Shown here: positions 40,238 to 50,868 of the stretch, one piece after another | How the letters are laid out: every line of letters begins with the position of its first letter | How positions within the stretch are numbered: position 1 is the stretch's first letter | NCBI GenBank assembly: GCA_019058365.1 | Contig: JAHPZE010000006.1 | Coordinates: forward strand, 32,001-96,000 | DNA: 64,000 nt | From: Promethearchaeota archaeon | Lineage (GTDB): Archaea; Asgardarchaeota; Lokiarchaeia; Sigyniarchaeales; SOKP01 | Direction of reading: 5' to 3' | The notes under the pieces: generated by a model | Databases searched by the model: none | The model's input: the letters and a program-made list of their open reading frames with translations, nothing else | Told to the model about the DNA's origin: nothing | Program-made: the position numbers and the translations under genes

Positions 40238-41155
40238 ATGAAAAGTTATAGAGAACAATTGAACTTTGGAGAAAAAACAGAAGATAAATGTTGTGAAGAT
40301 CAGTGTATAGTTCTTAAAGGGGGTAATAAAGTTTGTTTGAATTGTGGAATGGTATTAGATGTTCATTTGGTTGAAAATGAAAGAAGAGCTTATAATAATG
40401 AAGAAATGGAAAAAAGAAAACAAAATGAACCTAGATGGAGAGAATTTGGATCGAGAACAGTACTTCCTAATCACAAAATAGACTATAAAGGACATTATTT
40501 GAATGCTGAAAAGAAGACCTTGTTTTTACGTTTATCCAAAATTCAAAATTCTTTAATTTCAAGCATAGAAAGAAATTTTTGGGAGGCTAAACCAAAAATG
40601 AAACAGCTTACTTCAAAATTAAATATTCCTGAATATATACACGAAACAGCGTGGAAAATTTACGCTCTCACAGCAAAAAAAAAATTGACAATGGGACGCT
40701 CAATTGAGGGATTTATAGCTGCTTCTTTATACGTTGCTATTAGAGTCCATGAACTTCCAAAGGTATTAGAAGAAATTAGTGATGCTGCTATGATTCCCCG
40801 AAAATCTATAATACATTCATTAGGTTTACTTCTTAAAGAGATTTTACCCGAATTAAACCTTAGTTATAAGCCTATTAGTGTTAAACAATTGATATTTAAA
40901 TTTGGAAATGAATTAGGACTTCCGATAGAAATCCAAAAGAACGCTTTACATTTAGTTTCTATCACATCTAAGAGGGGACTTGCTTTAATAGGTAAAGATC
41001 CAAAAGGACTTGCCGCTTCAGCTATTTATTTAGCTGTAAAATCAACAAATAAAAGGATGACTCAAACTGAAATTGCTAAAGCTGCTAAAATAACAGAAGT
41101 TACATTAAGATCACGAATAAAAGATTTTAAAACCAAACTTGCTTTAGTTGAGTGA
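40238..41155 (+). CDS. tfb: Transcription initiation factor B paralog
   Basis: Zn ribbon CC...CLNCG, two cyclin repeats (GRS...AASLY; GKDP.GLAASAIY), TEVTLRSR. Confidence 0.93.
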   Translation: MKSYREQLNFGEKTEDKCCEDQCIVLKGGNKVCLNCGMVLDVHLVENERRAYNNEEMEKRKQNEPRWREFGSRTVLPNHKIDYKGHYLNAEKKTLFLRLSKIQNSLISSIERNFWEAKPKMKQLTSKLNIPEYIHETAWKIYALTAKKKLTMGRSIEGFIAASLYVAIRVHELPKVLEEISDAAMIPRKSIIHSLGLLLKEILPELNLSYKPISVKQLIFKFGNELGLPIEIQKNALHLVSITSKRGLALIGKDPKGLAASAIYLAVKSTNKRMTQTEIAKAAKITEVTLRSRIKDFKTKLALVE

Positions 41156-41262
41156 TTATATAACTCTAAATTTAATAATTTTCATGACCTTATTTTTCTA
41201 AAAATGAGATAACTGGTTTATTTTTTAAAAATTAAAAAATAATAGTGAAATAGGTTAGATAG

Positions 41263-41850
41263 ATGACTCTTTTTATTGCATTAATGGAAAATCCAATTTT
41301 TGCTCTTATTATTTTACCTTTATTGATACTTACGGCTCGCATTTTTGATGTAACACTTGGAACTTTAAGAATTGTTTTCATATCTCAAGGGAGACGCAAA
41401 TTAGCTCCAATTGTTGGTTTTTTTGAAATATTCATTTGGCTATTAGCAGTGGGTCAGATATTCAATAATTTAACGAATTTTATTTATTACTTTGCATACG
41501 CCGGAGGTTTTGCAATAGGTAACTATGTTGGATTAATAGTTGAAGATAAAATATCTTTAGGTTTATTAAGTTTACAATTAATCATTAGAGAAAATCCGGA
41601 AAATTTAATTGGGCTATTAAAAGAAAATGGGTATAGTTTAACCACAATGTCTGCTGAAGGGGCAAGAGGTATAGTAAAATTAGTATTATTAATTATTAAA
41701 CGAAAAAATCTACCAAAAATCCTAGAGCTTATACGACAGAATAACCCAAAAGCATTTATATCAATTGAACAAGTAAAATCTGTTAAAGGAGGTAATTTTC
41801 CTTCACATACAAAAACTAGATGGGAGCTTTTTAATAGAAGGAAGAGATGA
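41263..41850 (+). CDS. UPF0316/DUF2179 membrane protein
   Basis: ARIFDVTLGTLR, GFFEIFIW, YAGGFAIGNYVG, PKAF. Confidence 0.85.
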   Translation: MTLFIALMENPIFALIILPLLILTARIFDVTLGTLRIVFISQGRRKLAPIVGFFEIFIWLLAVGQIFNNLTNFIYYFAYAGGFAIGNYVGLIVEDKISLGLLSLQLIIRENPENLIGLLKENGYSLTTMSAEGARGIVKLVLLIIKRKNLPKILELIRQNNPKAFISIEQVKSVKGGNFPSHTKTRWELFNRRKR

Positions 41851-42106
41851 TGGTTCTAATTTAAAATATGGAGCCATATTCTCTTTTTAAATTGAAATTA
41901 AATTAGTATTTGCTATTAAGAATTATTTATTATCTAATAATGAAAAGATCTGTTAATTGATATTAATAAACTTAATTTATTATCATCTTTACCTTATAAA
42001 TAAGATGGATAAGATAGTTTTAATGTTTTTAGTGTAAATAAATTAATTCCGGAATCGATAAAAAAAATAGTAATTGTTAATTTACTTGACAAATATCATT
42101 AAATAA

Positions 42107-44404
42107 ATGATTGTTGAGGAATTTATATTTTTAGAAAAAAAAATTCCAATTGAACGAAGAGAAGAATTTAGCTCTTCTTATAAAATCAAATCTTATGAAA
42201 CAAAAGTAAGATTCATGGAAGAGAGAAAAATTCCTCAGAAAAATATTGAAGATGTTCTTGCTCATTTTTTCAAAATTAATACAAACATCTCGAAAAAAAC
42301 AAAAAACTCAATATCTAAAATATTATTCTCCCAAAAAGATAGAATTTTAATATTAATTACCCCTTCTGGCAAAGATATTATTCTAAATCGAGATAGATTA
42401 ATTAAAGATTATGGATGGTTCTTTTTCATAGAAAAACCAGAAAAAAAAGAAAAAGAATTAAAAAAGAAAAAGCCTAAAAAGAAGGAGGAAAGAAAGGAAG
42501 AAAATACCATAGGTACAGAAGAATTTCATTTTGAAGAGATAATAATTCCTTTAAAACAAAAGGAAAATATGAGAGCATTATATAGAACAAAAGAATATAA
42601 TCAATACCTAAAAATAATTAAATCCGAAGAATTACCTCAAATTCCTATAAAAGATGTTCTTGCAGATTTTTTCTTTAAAGATGAGCTCGTTCCAGCTGAA
42701 GAAAAAAAAGGCATTAGAAAGATTATCTATTATCATAAGGAAAAAGTCATAGTCATTAAATCTCTTGTAGGTGATGAAATGTATGAAAACTTGGAGAGAT
42801 TAGTTAAAACGTATGGTTGGTATTTTTATATAACTGGAGTTTCTGTAGGAAAATGTGAAATTTGCATCGCAATTGATAAAATAGAAAAAAGATTTGATGC
42901 AAAATATTTTTCTAATATCTCTCTTAAAAATAATAATGAAAAAGATATTAGAGTAAGTATTTACCCCATTGTTCTTAAACCGAATCATAATTGCCATATC
43001 TTAGGATTAGGAAATCTGAATATCTTATTGGATTGTGGACTTTCAGAAAAAGATGAAGAAAATGAAATTGAAGGGGATATTCGGCATATTGAAGATTATC
43101 TTCAGAATTTACCACAGTATCTTTTAGAAGAAGAAAAAATTAAAAAAAAGATTACCAATGATGATCAAGATGAGATAATTCTAGAAAACATTCCAAAAAA
43201 TCCTAAAATTGATGCCATTTTTATATCACATAGTCATTATGATCATGTTTCTGGGCTAAAGGAATTAATTAAATTATATCCAGATGTACCTATTTTTAGT
43301 TCTAGAATAAGTCTTGATTTATATCTCCTTAGGGATTCAAACTTCTTAAAACAAGAAAATCATACGGAAATTGAAGAAGCTGAATACCGAAATATCATTA
43401 GAAATATAGTTTATGTTGAAAACGGTACTAAAATCGACTTTAAAGAAAAAGATTGTTACCTTTCATTTTTCCATGCTGGTCATATGCCCGGTGCTTTGAT
43501 GATGTTGGCAAAAACAGATGATTTTAGATTCTTATATACAGGAGACTATACTTACATTGATATTACACCATTTGCCGGCACTAGACGATTTTTAGAACAA
43601 ATATCTCGCCCTATAGACTATTTACTTATTGATGGTACTGCCGCTCAAGAAGATTTTGGAAATATTTCTGATCAATTTCATAGTTTAATCTTGTTTTTAG
43701 AGCAAAAGGCAGAATATGGAGATAACTCTCTCATTGGGGCAGATCCATCAAGTTTGGCTATAAGTTTTATGTTAACCTTCTGGAGATATTTTAGAAAACT
43801 TCAATTACGGCGTGGTTTCAAGAAACGCCCTAACATTTATGTAGACATGATGGTGAGGAAAAATATCCAAGTTATCAACCATCGTTATGAGTACATTTAT
43901 GGTCCAATTTCAAGATTAATTAGAGATAAGGCAAATCCTTTTAATAGCATAAAGTTTAGATGGTTTGATCACTCTAATTTAGACTTTTTACGTAAAAAAA
44001 ACAATATTATTATTTCTCATCCACCAGATCTTTCTTATGGATTAATTAGAAATATTATTAATATTATTGGGCGTAGCCCTCATAATTTTGTTTTTCTCGC
44101 AGGCTCTATTCATGAGTCTCCTGGTGCAGAATTGGTTGAAGGTGCTGACGAAATCCAGTTCTCTGAGACATGGAAAATGCCATTTCGCGCATTCTTGCTT
44201 AATACTTTTGCACCTCATATTAAAATAAAACTTCATGCCGATAAAAATCAATTAAGAGAAATGATAAAAAGTTTAGAACCAAAAGAAGTCTGTTTTTTCC
44301 ACCAATCCGCTAAAAAATTAACAGAAGTAGTAGAATATGTAAATGAATTAGGTGTTGAAAAAGTTTCATTGCCTATAAAGAGAAAACTCCTAATATTAAA
44401 ATAA
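42107..44404 (+). CDS. Divergent MBL/beta-CASP ribonuclease with duplicated N-terminal domain
   Basis: LLDCG, SHSHYDH, AGHMPG, YTGD, LHAD, FFH; two ~105-aa N-terminal repeats ending L.K.YGW.F.I. Confidence 0.8.
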   Translation: MIVEEFIFLEKKIPIERREEFSSSYKIKSYETKVRFMEERKIPQKNIEDVLAHFFKINTNISKKTKNSISKILFSQKDRILILITPSGKDIILNRDRLIKDYGWFFFIEKPEKKEKELKKKKPKKKEERKEENTIGTEEFHFEEIIIPLKQKENMRALYRTKEYNQYLKIIKSEELPQIPIKDVLADFFFKDELVPAEEKKGIRKIIYYHKEKVIVIKSLVGDEMYENLERLVKTYGWYFYITGVSVGKCEICIAIDKIEKRFDAKYFSNISLKNNNEKDIRVSIYPIVLKPNHNCHILGLGNLNILLDCGLSEKDEENEIEGDIRHIEDYLQNLPQYLLEEEKIKKKITNDDQDEIILENIPKNPKIDAIFISHSHYDHVSGLKELIKLYPDVPIFSSRISLDLYLLRDSNFLKQENHTEIEEAEYRNIIRNIVYVENGTKIDFKEKDCYLSFFHAGHMPGALMMLAKTDDFRFLYTGDYTYIDITPFAGTRRFLEQISRPIDYLLIDGTAAQEDFGNISDQFHSLILFLEQKAEYGDNSLIGADPSSLAISFMLTFWRYFRKLQLRRGFKKRPNIYVDMMVRKNIQVINHRYEYIYGPISRLIRDKANPFNSIKFRWFDHSNLDFLRKKNNIIISHPPDLSYGLIRNIINIIGRSPHNFVFLAGSIHESPGAELVEGADEIQFSETWKMPFRAFLLNTFAPHIKIKLHADKNQLREMIKSLEPKEVCFFHQSAKKLTEVVEYVNELGVEKVSLPIKRKLLILK

Positions 44405-44495
44405 TGGGTATAATTTATAAGAAACAAACCATAAATCTTTATGATATCAATATATTATTTTTCATAGAATTACACATATAATAAGGTGATTAAGC

Positions 44496-44879
44496 ATATA
44501 TTCTGATAAAGTAATGGAGCACTTCAGAAATCCACGAAATATGGGTGAAATGAAAGGTGCTGATGCTATTGGCGAATATGGAAATCCTGTATGTGGCGAT
44601 TTAATGTATATTTATATTAAAATAAGAGAAGAGAATGGAAAAGAATATATTAATGATATATCTTTTCAAACCTTTGGTTGTGCGGCCGCTATAGCCTCCT
44701 CATCAATGTTAACAGAACTAGCTAAGGGGAAGAGCTTAGATGAGGCGATGAATATTACTAGAGACGATGTTGCTTCTTCGTTAGATGGATTACCTCCCAT
44801 CAAATTACATTGTTCAAATTTAGCAGCAGATGCATTAAAAGATGCGATAAATAAATATCGAGAAAAGAAAAAATACTAA
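44496..44879 (+). CDS. iscU: Fe-S scaffold IscU/NifU-N (probable ATA start)
   Basis: (M)YSDKVMEHFRNPRN, NPVCGD, FGCAAAIASSS, LPPIKLHCS; SD AGGTGA 6 nt before ATA 44496. Confidence 0.92.
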   Translation: MYSDKVMEHFRNPRNMGEMKGADAIGEYGNPVCGDLMYIYIKIREENGKEYINDISFQTFGCAAAIASSSMLTELAKGKSLDEAMNITRDDVASSLDGLPPIKLHCSNLAADALKDAINKYREKKKY

Positions 44880-44951
44880 TAATGTATGTTAAATGTGTTT
44901 AAATGTCTTTAATAATAAAAATGTAAGAGATTTTTTATCTTTGAGTTTATT

Positions 44952-45806
44952 ATGAACTCTTCTAAACCTATACCTGATATAATTCGAGAGCGAACATCTC
45001 GTCGGACTTATTCAGGTCAACCTCTCGACAAAGCTATGAGAGAAAAGTTAAATAAATTATTAGAGAATCATGATCTAAAAAGTCCTTTCAGTGAATATTC
45101 TGGAAAGGCGAGATTCGAACTTATTAGTGTGCCAGAATTTGATACTAATGAAAGAAAGAAAATAGGGACTTACGGGTTGATTAAAGGAGCTCAAGATTTT
45201 ATTGTGGGTGCTGTTGAAAGGTCTAAGTTTGATCGTGAACATTTTGGATATCTTATGGAAACCATCATATTAGCCGCCACAGATATGGGCTTAGGAACTT
45301 GTTGGTTAGGAGGTTTTTTTAATAAAAGTCTTTTTTCTGCAAAAATTAATAGCAGTTCGAATGAAATTGTCCCTGCTATTACTCCTATTGGCTATTATCT
45401 TCAAAGAACAATTAAGGAAAAAGCAATTAGGACATTCGTGAAAGCAAATAAACGATTCTCATGGGATCGTTTATTTTTTAATGGCAAATTGAATACTCCA
45501 CTTAGTCTTGAAGATGGAGGAAAGTATTCTGAATTACTTGAAATGGTTAGATTGGGTCCTTCTGCCAGTAATAAACAACCTTGGAGGATTATTAAGGATC
45601 CAAATATAAATAACTTTCATTTTTATACTGTGAAAACTAGTTCAGTTTATAGTAAATTTCCACCTCTAGATATTGGAATAGCAGTATGTCATTTTGATCT
45701 TACAGCAAAAGAATTATGTATTAATGGAACTTGGTTATTTGAAAATCCTCAAATTCTTGGAACAGAAGATTTAATATATAAAATTTCTTGGAATGAATAC
45801 AAATGA
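44952..45806 (+). CDS. Nitroreductase family protein (tandem domain)
   Basis: RTSRRTY, LGTCWLGG, GPSASNKQPW, DIGIAVCHF. Confidence 0.88.
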   Translation: MNSSKPIPDIIRERTSRRTYSGQPLDKAMREKLNKLLENHDLKSPFSEYSGKARFELISVPEFDTNERKKIGTYGLIKGAQDFIVGAVERSKFDREHFGYLMETIILAATDMGLGTCWLGGFFNKSLFSAKINSSSNEIVPAITPIGYYLQRTIKEKAIRTFVKANKRFSWDRLFFNGKLNTPLSLEDGGKYSELLEMVRLGPSASNKQPWRIIKDPNINNFHFYTVKTSSVYSKFPPLDIGIAVCHFDLTAKELCINGTWLFENPQILGTEDLIYKISWNEYK

Positions 45807-45955
45807 TGATAAACCTATCCAATGGTTTATCAAATTTCTAAAAGTAAAACTAATAAAAATTCTTTAAATTATAATCGGTACTTATAATTATAGAATTTGG
45901 TATCTTATCTTAATCATATACAATTTAAATTTGATAAATGTGAGGTGTTAAAAAA

Positions 45956-46192
45956 GTGATCTTTATACCTTTTCATATATATGCATTTACTCCCTTTCAC
46001 TGGATTTTCATGCTTTTAGGAGGTATTCTTTATTTTGTTATCAGTTTATTTATCGCAAAATATATACATAAAGATGCACTTAAGAGAGGAATTAAAAATA
46101 GTGAATTTTGGTTATTAATTGGTTTTATTCTTAACTTGATCGGATTACTACTATATGTATTCGTAAGAAAAAATTATGAACAAAGAACTTAA
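45956..46192 (+). CDS. Small membrane protein (PLDc_N-like)
   Basis: KDA.KRG....W......LIGLLLY..R pattern; GAGGTG SD. Confidence 0.7.
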   Translation: MIFIPFHIYAFTPFHWIFMLLGGILYFVISLFIAKYIHKDALKRGIKNSEFWLLIGFILNLIGLLLYVFVRKNYEQRT

Positions 46193-46282
46193 TATTTAAA
46201 ATCTAGTAAGAGAAGTAAACATTAATTTTTTTAAATTTTTTTTCAGCTATAATATATTTAAGATCATTTTTGTATTGAATTA

Positions 46283-46723
46283 TTATTTGTGATAAGAATC
46301 AATATAAGCTTTTGCGCAATGCTTACAACAGAAATTTAATTCTTTACCATGAAATAATTCAACATGAAAATCTTCATAAAGTTTTACTCCACAACTTGCA
46401 CATATTTTTAATTTTGACTTTATTGCAACTTCTATTAAGTTATCAAACCTAGAGAAAATTCTGTCAACAAATTCAAATCCAGAAGAAGTTAATTTAAAAC
46501 CTTTAGACCTTTTTGATTTTGGAGTTGGGACATCTTCAATATATCCTTCTACTTTTAATTTATTAAGAAAATCATATACATAAGTAGGACTAGCTGTTGT
46601 ATGCAAATCTTTATCAAGCCGTTTCAAAATAGAATATCCTGTTATGCTTGTTTCTGATTTTAACAGCATTAATATAAAAAATCGTGATAAACTTTGGACT
46701 TTAATATTATCATCTTCACTCAT
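46283..46723 (-). CDS. PadR-like wHTH regulator with C-terminal TRASH metal-sensing domain
   Basis: TGYSILK...SPTYVY..L..L...G; CASCG...FCCKHC; divergent from the copA locus. Confidence 0.8.
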   Translation of the reverse strand: MSEDDNIKVQSLSRFFILMLLKSETSITGYSILKRLDKDLHTTASPTYVYDFLNKLKVEGYIEDVPTPKSKRSKGFKLTSSGFEFVDRIFSRFDNLIEVAIKSKLKICASCGVKLYEDFHVELFHGKELNFCCKHCAKAYIDSYHK

Positions 46724-46883
46724 AGTAAAAATCCCAATTAAAACAAATAATGAATAAATACGATTTAAAAATTTTGTATATATAATATAATAAATATCCT
46801 TAAATATATACTTTTCAGTATATATATTAGATTTTAATGAATTTTTTTAATAAATTATAACAAAAGTAAACGGAGAAGATTTA

Positions 46884-47192
46884 ATGATTTTAGATAATGG
46901 GGATGAATTTACACATCACATGATGATGGATTGGGAGCTTGGAAATTGGATATATATAATTTTAGGGTTAGGGATAATTCTTTTAATTCTACTTATTTTA
47001 GGGTTCATTTTTCTCTATAAAAATCGTAAAAGTATGGCTAACTATAAATATATTCAAAATAATGTTCAAAAGCAAAGAGATAATGAAATTAGTGATAATA
47101 CCTTTCAAAAAGTAAATTTTTGTTACAATTGCGGAAGAAAATTAGACGATAGTCAATCAAAATATTGTTCTTTCTGTGGAGCACAAATTTAA
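46884..47192 (+). CDS. Single-TM protein with His/Met N-terminus and C-terminal double zinc ribbon
   Basis: HHMMM, TM helix, CYNCG...CSFCG. Confidence 0.75.
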   Translation: MILDNGDEFTHHMMMDWELGNWIYIILGLGIILLILLILGFIFLYKNRKSMANYKYIQNNVQKQRDNEISDNTFQKVNFCYNCGRKLDDSQSKYCSFCGAQI

Positions 47193-47345
47193 AATATGAA
47201 ATTAGACCATTTTAAAAATTTATTAAAAAAATTCTTTAAAATCAATAATTAGAAAAACAAATTTCAATAGAGAATTACAAAATATAATCAAAATTTATAA
47301 TAATAGCATTTGGTAATTAAGAATTAAGCTTTTAGGTGATAATTA

Positions 47346-50300
47346 ATGGGAATAGAATCTAATGAAAAAGTAAAAATTAAGCTTGGCGGAATGACATGCG
47401 CCTCTTGTGCATTGAAAATAGAGACAAAATTAAAAAGTTTAGAAGGTGTTAAAAGTTCTGTTGTCAATTTTGCAAATGAAGAAGCAACCGTTGAATATAA
47501 CCCAACAGTAGCAAATTATAATGTTTTTAATGATGCAATACGAAATTTAGGTTATAAAGCATCACTTGCTAAGATGGATATTAAAATAATTGATTCCCTC
47601 CCAAAAAATGAGTTAGACATTTTGGAAAACAAAATTAAGCAAATTAATGGAATACAAAATATTAGAAGTAATTTTGAAGCACAGAAATTTTTCATTGAAT
47701 TTAATGAATTAAAATTAAGTGAAAATGAAGTTTATTCATTAGTTAAAAATTTTGGATACAAAATTGAGAAAGCGGCAGGTGCTATAGATAAGGAAATTGA
47801 ACAACATAAAAAAGAAATGAGATATCGCTTAATCCTTCTTATAATTTCATTAGCATTTGCAGCAATCATCGCCCCCATTAATTTTGTTATACCTGCTAAT
47901 TTCACACGAAATTTAATACTAACCATTTTAGCGACTACTAACTACGCTATATCTGGGTCTTTCTTCCTAGGTGGTGCATATAAATCGCTTAAGAATAGAT
48001 CAACAAATATGGATGTGTTGATTGTGTTAGGAACAACAACTGCTTATGTTTATTCTATACTAACTACTTTTTTTATATCGGGAGACGTTTTTTATGATGC
48101 GATGAGTATGATATTTGCTTTTATTTTAATAGGGAAATATTTAGAACATAAAACGAAAGGACAAGCTTCTGAGGCAATAAAGAAGCTTATTGGTTTGCAA
48201 CCTAAAACAGCAACATTATTAAAAGAGGGAAAAGAGATTGAAATTCCTATTGAAGAGATAGAGATTGGTGATACTCTGGTAGTTAGACCGGGTGAGAAAA
48301 TACCAGTTGATGGAAAAGTTCTTGAGGGCAAAACGAAAATCGATGAATCTATGATAACAGGTGAAAGTAAGTATGTTAAGAAAATTGTGGGAGATAATGT
48401 TATAGGTGCTACTGTAAATCAAACTGGACTAATCAAAATGACGACAGAAAAAATCGGAAAAGACACCCTTCTTTTTCAAATTATTGATTTTGTTAAAGAT
48501 GCTCAAGCTCGAAAGGGGTCAAGACAACGCTTAGCAGATAAAGTGAGCAGTTATTTTGTACCTATCGTGATTATAACTGCTACTCTTGCATTTTTATATT
48601 GGTATTTTATAGCAAATTTAGGTTATGAAATCGCACTACTAGTTTTTACATCCGTTGTTGTAATTTCTTGTCCTTGTGCTTTAGGATTAGCGATTCCCAC
48701 TGCAATTATGGTTGGAACTGGGAAAGGTGCTGAAAATGGTATTCTTATGAAAGGAGGGGACTCATTAGAAGCTGTAAATAATATCAATACTATCGTTTTC
48801 GATAAGACAGGAACTTTAACTGTTGGAAAACCAAAAGTAACTATGATTTATTCTGAAAAGGATTTAATAGGAAAAGGATTAGGTAAAAAAGATATTCTTT
48901 ATTTTGCAGGAAGTGCCGAAATGGGTTCTGAGCATCCACTTGGTCAGGCTATAATTGAAGAAGCAAATCAAGAAGGGTTAAAATTAGTATCTCCGAAAGA
49001 ATTTGATGCAATACCAGGAAAAGGAATAATAACAAAAATAGATAATAAGCGAGTTTTTGTTGGCAATGAAAAATTATTCTTAACAAATGATTTCGCTTTC
49101 AATGAATATAATTCAAAATTTATTGAATCCCAGGAAAAGGGGAATACAACAGTCTTAATAGGTGTTGATGATCAAATTAAAGGAATTATTGGTATTGCTG
49201 ATAAGGTGAAAGACCAAGCTAGCTACGCTCTTGAAAAGCTACGTGAGAGTGGATTGGATATATATATGTTAACTGGTGATAATAAGAAAACTGCAATGAA
49301 CATTGGAATGGACTTGAATTTTGATGAAGATCATATATTAGCAGAAGTATTACCTAATGAGAAAGCGCTTACGATCAAGAAACTTCAAGATTCTGGAGAA
49401 AATATACATGTTGCAATGGTAGGTGATGGAATAAATGATGCTCCTGCCTTAGCACAAGCGAATGTTGGAATTGCAATTGGTTCTGGAACAGATGTAGCTA
49501 TTGAAACTGCAGATATTGTTCTTATGCGAGGTGATTTAAGAAACGTTGTAGCAGCAATCAAGTTATCCCAGAAAACATATAGAAAAATGATTACTAACCT
49601 TTTCTGGGCATTTATTTATAATATTATTGGAATTCCCTTAGCAGCGGGGTTATTATTTACTTTTACAGGCAATTTTCTTCCACCATACTTAGCTGCGATA
49701 TTTATGGCTTCAAGTTCCGTTTCAGTTGTCACAAATGCTTTATTCTTGAAAAGATATGAACCAAAAACTGAACAACAGATCCAAGAAATGAAACTCTTAG
49801 CTGAACAGAAAGTAATTGATCCTATATGTGGAATGGAAATTATTCCTAGCCAATCAATTGAATATAAATTCAAAGGTAAGAATTATTATTTCTGTAGTGT
49901 TGTATGCGAAAAAGAATTTAAATTAAATCCTGCAAAATATGCTAATTTTCAAAATATTGACCCAAAATTAATGCAAAAACAAGCTAATTCCTCAGAATTA
50001 GTCACTGATCCCGTCTGTGGTATGAAGGGACGTGTAGAAGATTGGATTGAACATGAATATAATGGAAAAAGATATTATTTCTGTAATGAAAATTGCATGA
50101 AAGAATTTAAAAATAATCCTGAGAAATATATCGAAAAAGAGAATCAAGAGGTATCAAAGGATATACCCGAAGAAACTGGGGAGATATTAAAATGTTCTGA
50201 GTGTGGTCATGAAATAGAATTACCAGAGCATTGTGGAAGACCCATGCATAAAGAGGATGATCAATTAGTATGTTGGATGGGTGCCTCTTGTGGTGCTCAA

Positions 50301-50555
50301 CCAATTCCAAAACATCATGGGAAAACCATGGAAATTATAAAAAGTAAAATTAATGAAGAAAAAAATCTAAAGGAGGATGATAAAAAAATGATAAGATTAA
50401 AATGTGAAGAATGTGGATTAGAACAAACACTTCCAATGCATTGTGGAAAACCTATGCATAAAGAAGGTGACCAATTAGTTTGTTGGATGGGTGCCTCTTG
50501 TGGCACAATACCAATCCCAGAACATCATGGTAAGCCAATGAACATAGTTGAATAA
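47346..50555 (+). CDS. copA: Cu(I)-translocating P1B ATPase with two YHS domains and two extra Cys/His repeats
   Basis: [42 protein letters not shown]; DPICGM/DPVCGM...YYFC. Confidence 0.95.
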   Translation: MGIESNEKVKIKLGGMTCASCALKIETKLKSLEGVKSSVVNFANEEATVEYNPTVANYNVFNDAIRNLGYKASLAKMDIKIIDSLPKNELDILENKIKQINGIQNIRSNFEAQKFFIEFNELKLSENEVYSLVKNFGYKIEKAAGAIDKEIEQHKKEMRYRLILLIISLAFAAIIAPINFVIPANFTRNLILTILATTNYAISGSFFLGGAYKSLKNRSTNMDVLIVLGTTTAYVYSILTTFFISGDVFYDAMSMIFAFILIGKYLEHKTKGQASEAIKKLIGLQPKTATLLKEGKEIEIPIEEIEIGDTLVVRPGEKIPVDGKVLEGKTKIDESMITGESKYVKKIVGDNVIGATVNQTGLIKMTTEKIGKDTLLFQIIDFVKDAQARKGSRQRLADKVSSYFVPIVIITATLAFLYWYFIANLGYEIALLVFTSVVVISCPCALGLAIPTAIMVGTGKGAENGILMKGGDSLEAVNNINTIVFDKTGTLTVGKPKVTMIYSEKDLIGKGLGKKDILYFAGSAEMGSEHPLGQAIIEEANQEGLKLVSPKEFDAIPGKGIITKIDNKRVFVGNEKLFLTNDFAFNEYNSKFIESQEKGNTTVLIGVDDQIKGIIGIADKVKDQASYALEKLRESGLDIYMLTGDNKKTAMNIGMDLNFDEDHILAEVLPNEKALTIKKLQDSGENIHVAMVGDGINDAPALAQANVGIAIGSGTDVAIETADIVLMRGDLRNVVAAIKLSQKTYRKMITNLFWAFIYNIIGIPLAAGLLFTFTGNFLPPYLAAIFMASSSVSVVTNALFLKRYEPKTEQQIQEMKLLAEQKVIDPICGMEIIPSQSIEYKFKGKNYYFCSVVCEKEFKLNPAKYANFQNIDPKLMQKQANSSELVTDPVCGMKGRVEDWIEHEYNGKRYYFCNENCMKEFKNNPEKYIEKENQEVSKDIPEETGEILKCSECGHEIELPEHCGRPMHKEDDQLVCWMGASCGAQPIPKHHGKTMEIIKSKINEEKNLKEDDKKMIRLKCEECGLEQTLPMHCGKPMHKEGDQLVCWMGASCGTIPIPEHHGKPMNIVE

Positions 50556-50582
50556 AAAATATTAAAAGAGGTAATTAAATAA

Positions 50583-50756
50583 TTGAAACTGTATAGATGC
50601 AGTCAATGTGGTAAAGAAATCGAAACACTGCCTAAACATTGCGCGGAAGATATGGTGTTTAATGAAGAAAGGAATCAATTTGAATGTTATATGGGACCAG
50701 ATTGTGGTTATCTTCCTCTAAATGAATTAAAATGTGAAAACTGTTGTAATTTATAA
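50583..50756 (+). CDS. Small Cys-rich protein (57 aa), stand-alone homologue of the CopA C-terminal repeat; absent from ORF track
   Basis: TTG start after GAGGT; MKLYRCSQCGKEIETLPKHCAEDMVFNEERNQFECYMGPDCGYLPLNELKCENCCNL. Confidence 0.8.
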   Translation: MKLYRCSQCGKEIETLPKHCAEDMVFNEERNQFECYMGPDCGYLPLNELKCENCCNL

Positions 50757-50868
50757 TAAAAAATAAATTATTTTTTTTCAAATTTTAAAATTGTTAAAAT
50801 CATTTATGGCTAATTATAGTTGAATAAAGTTAAGATAAAGCAACAAAATTCGTTAAGAATATTAAAAT

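Noticed and set aside
45867-45889. Inverted repeat AATTATAA-N7-TTATAATT upstream of the small membrane protein
   Set aside because: Pure A/T arms are expected by chance in this composition.
27908-50227. Other TTACCAGA hits (27908 +, 36091 -, 50220 +) as further introns
   Set aside because: They lack the upstream CTG and downstream CTAA at the right spacing and lie in uninterrupted coding sequence (LPD/LPE codons). My scan was manual, so divergent copies could have been missed.
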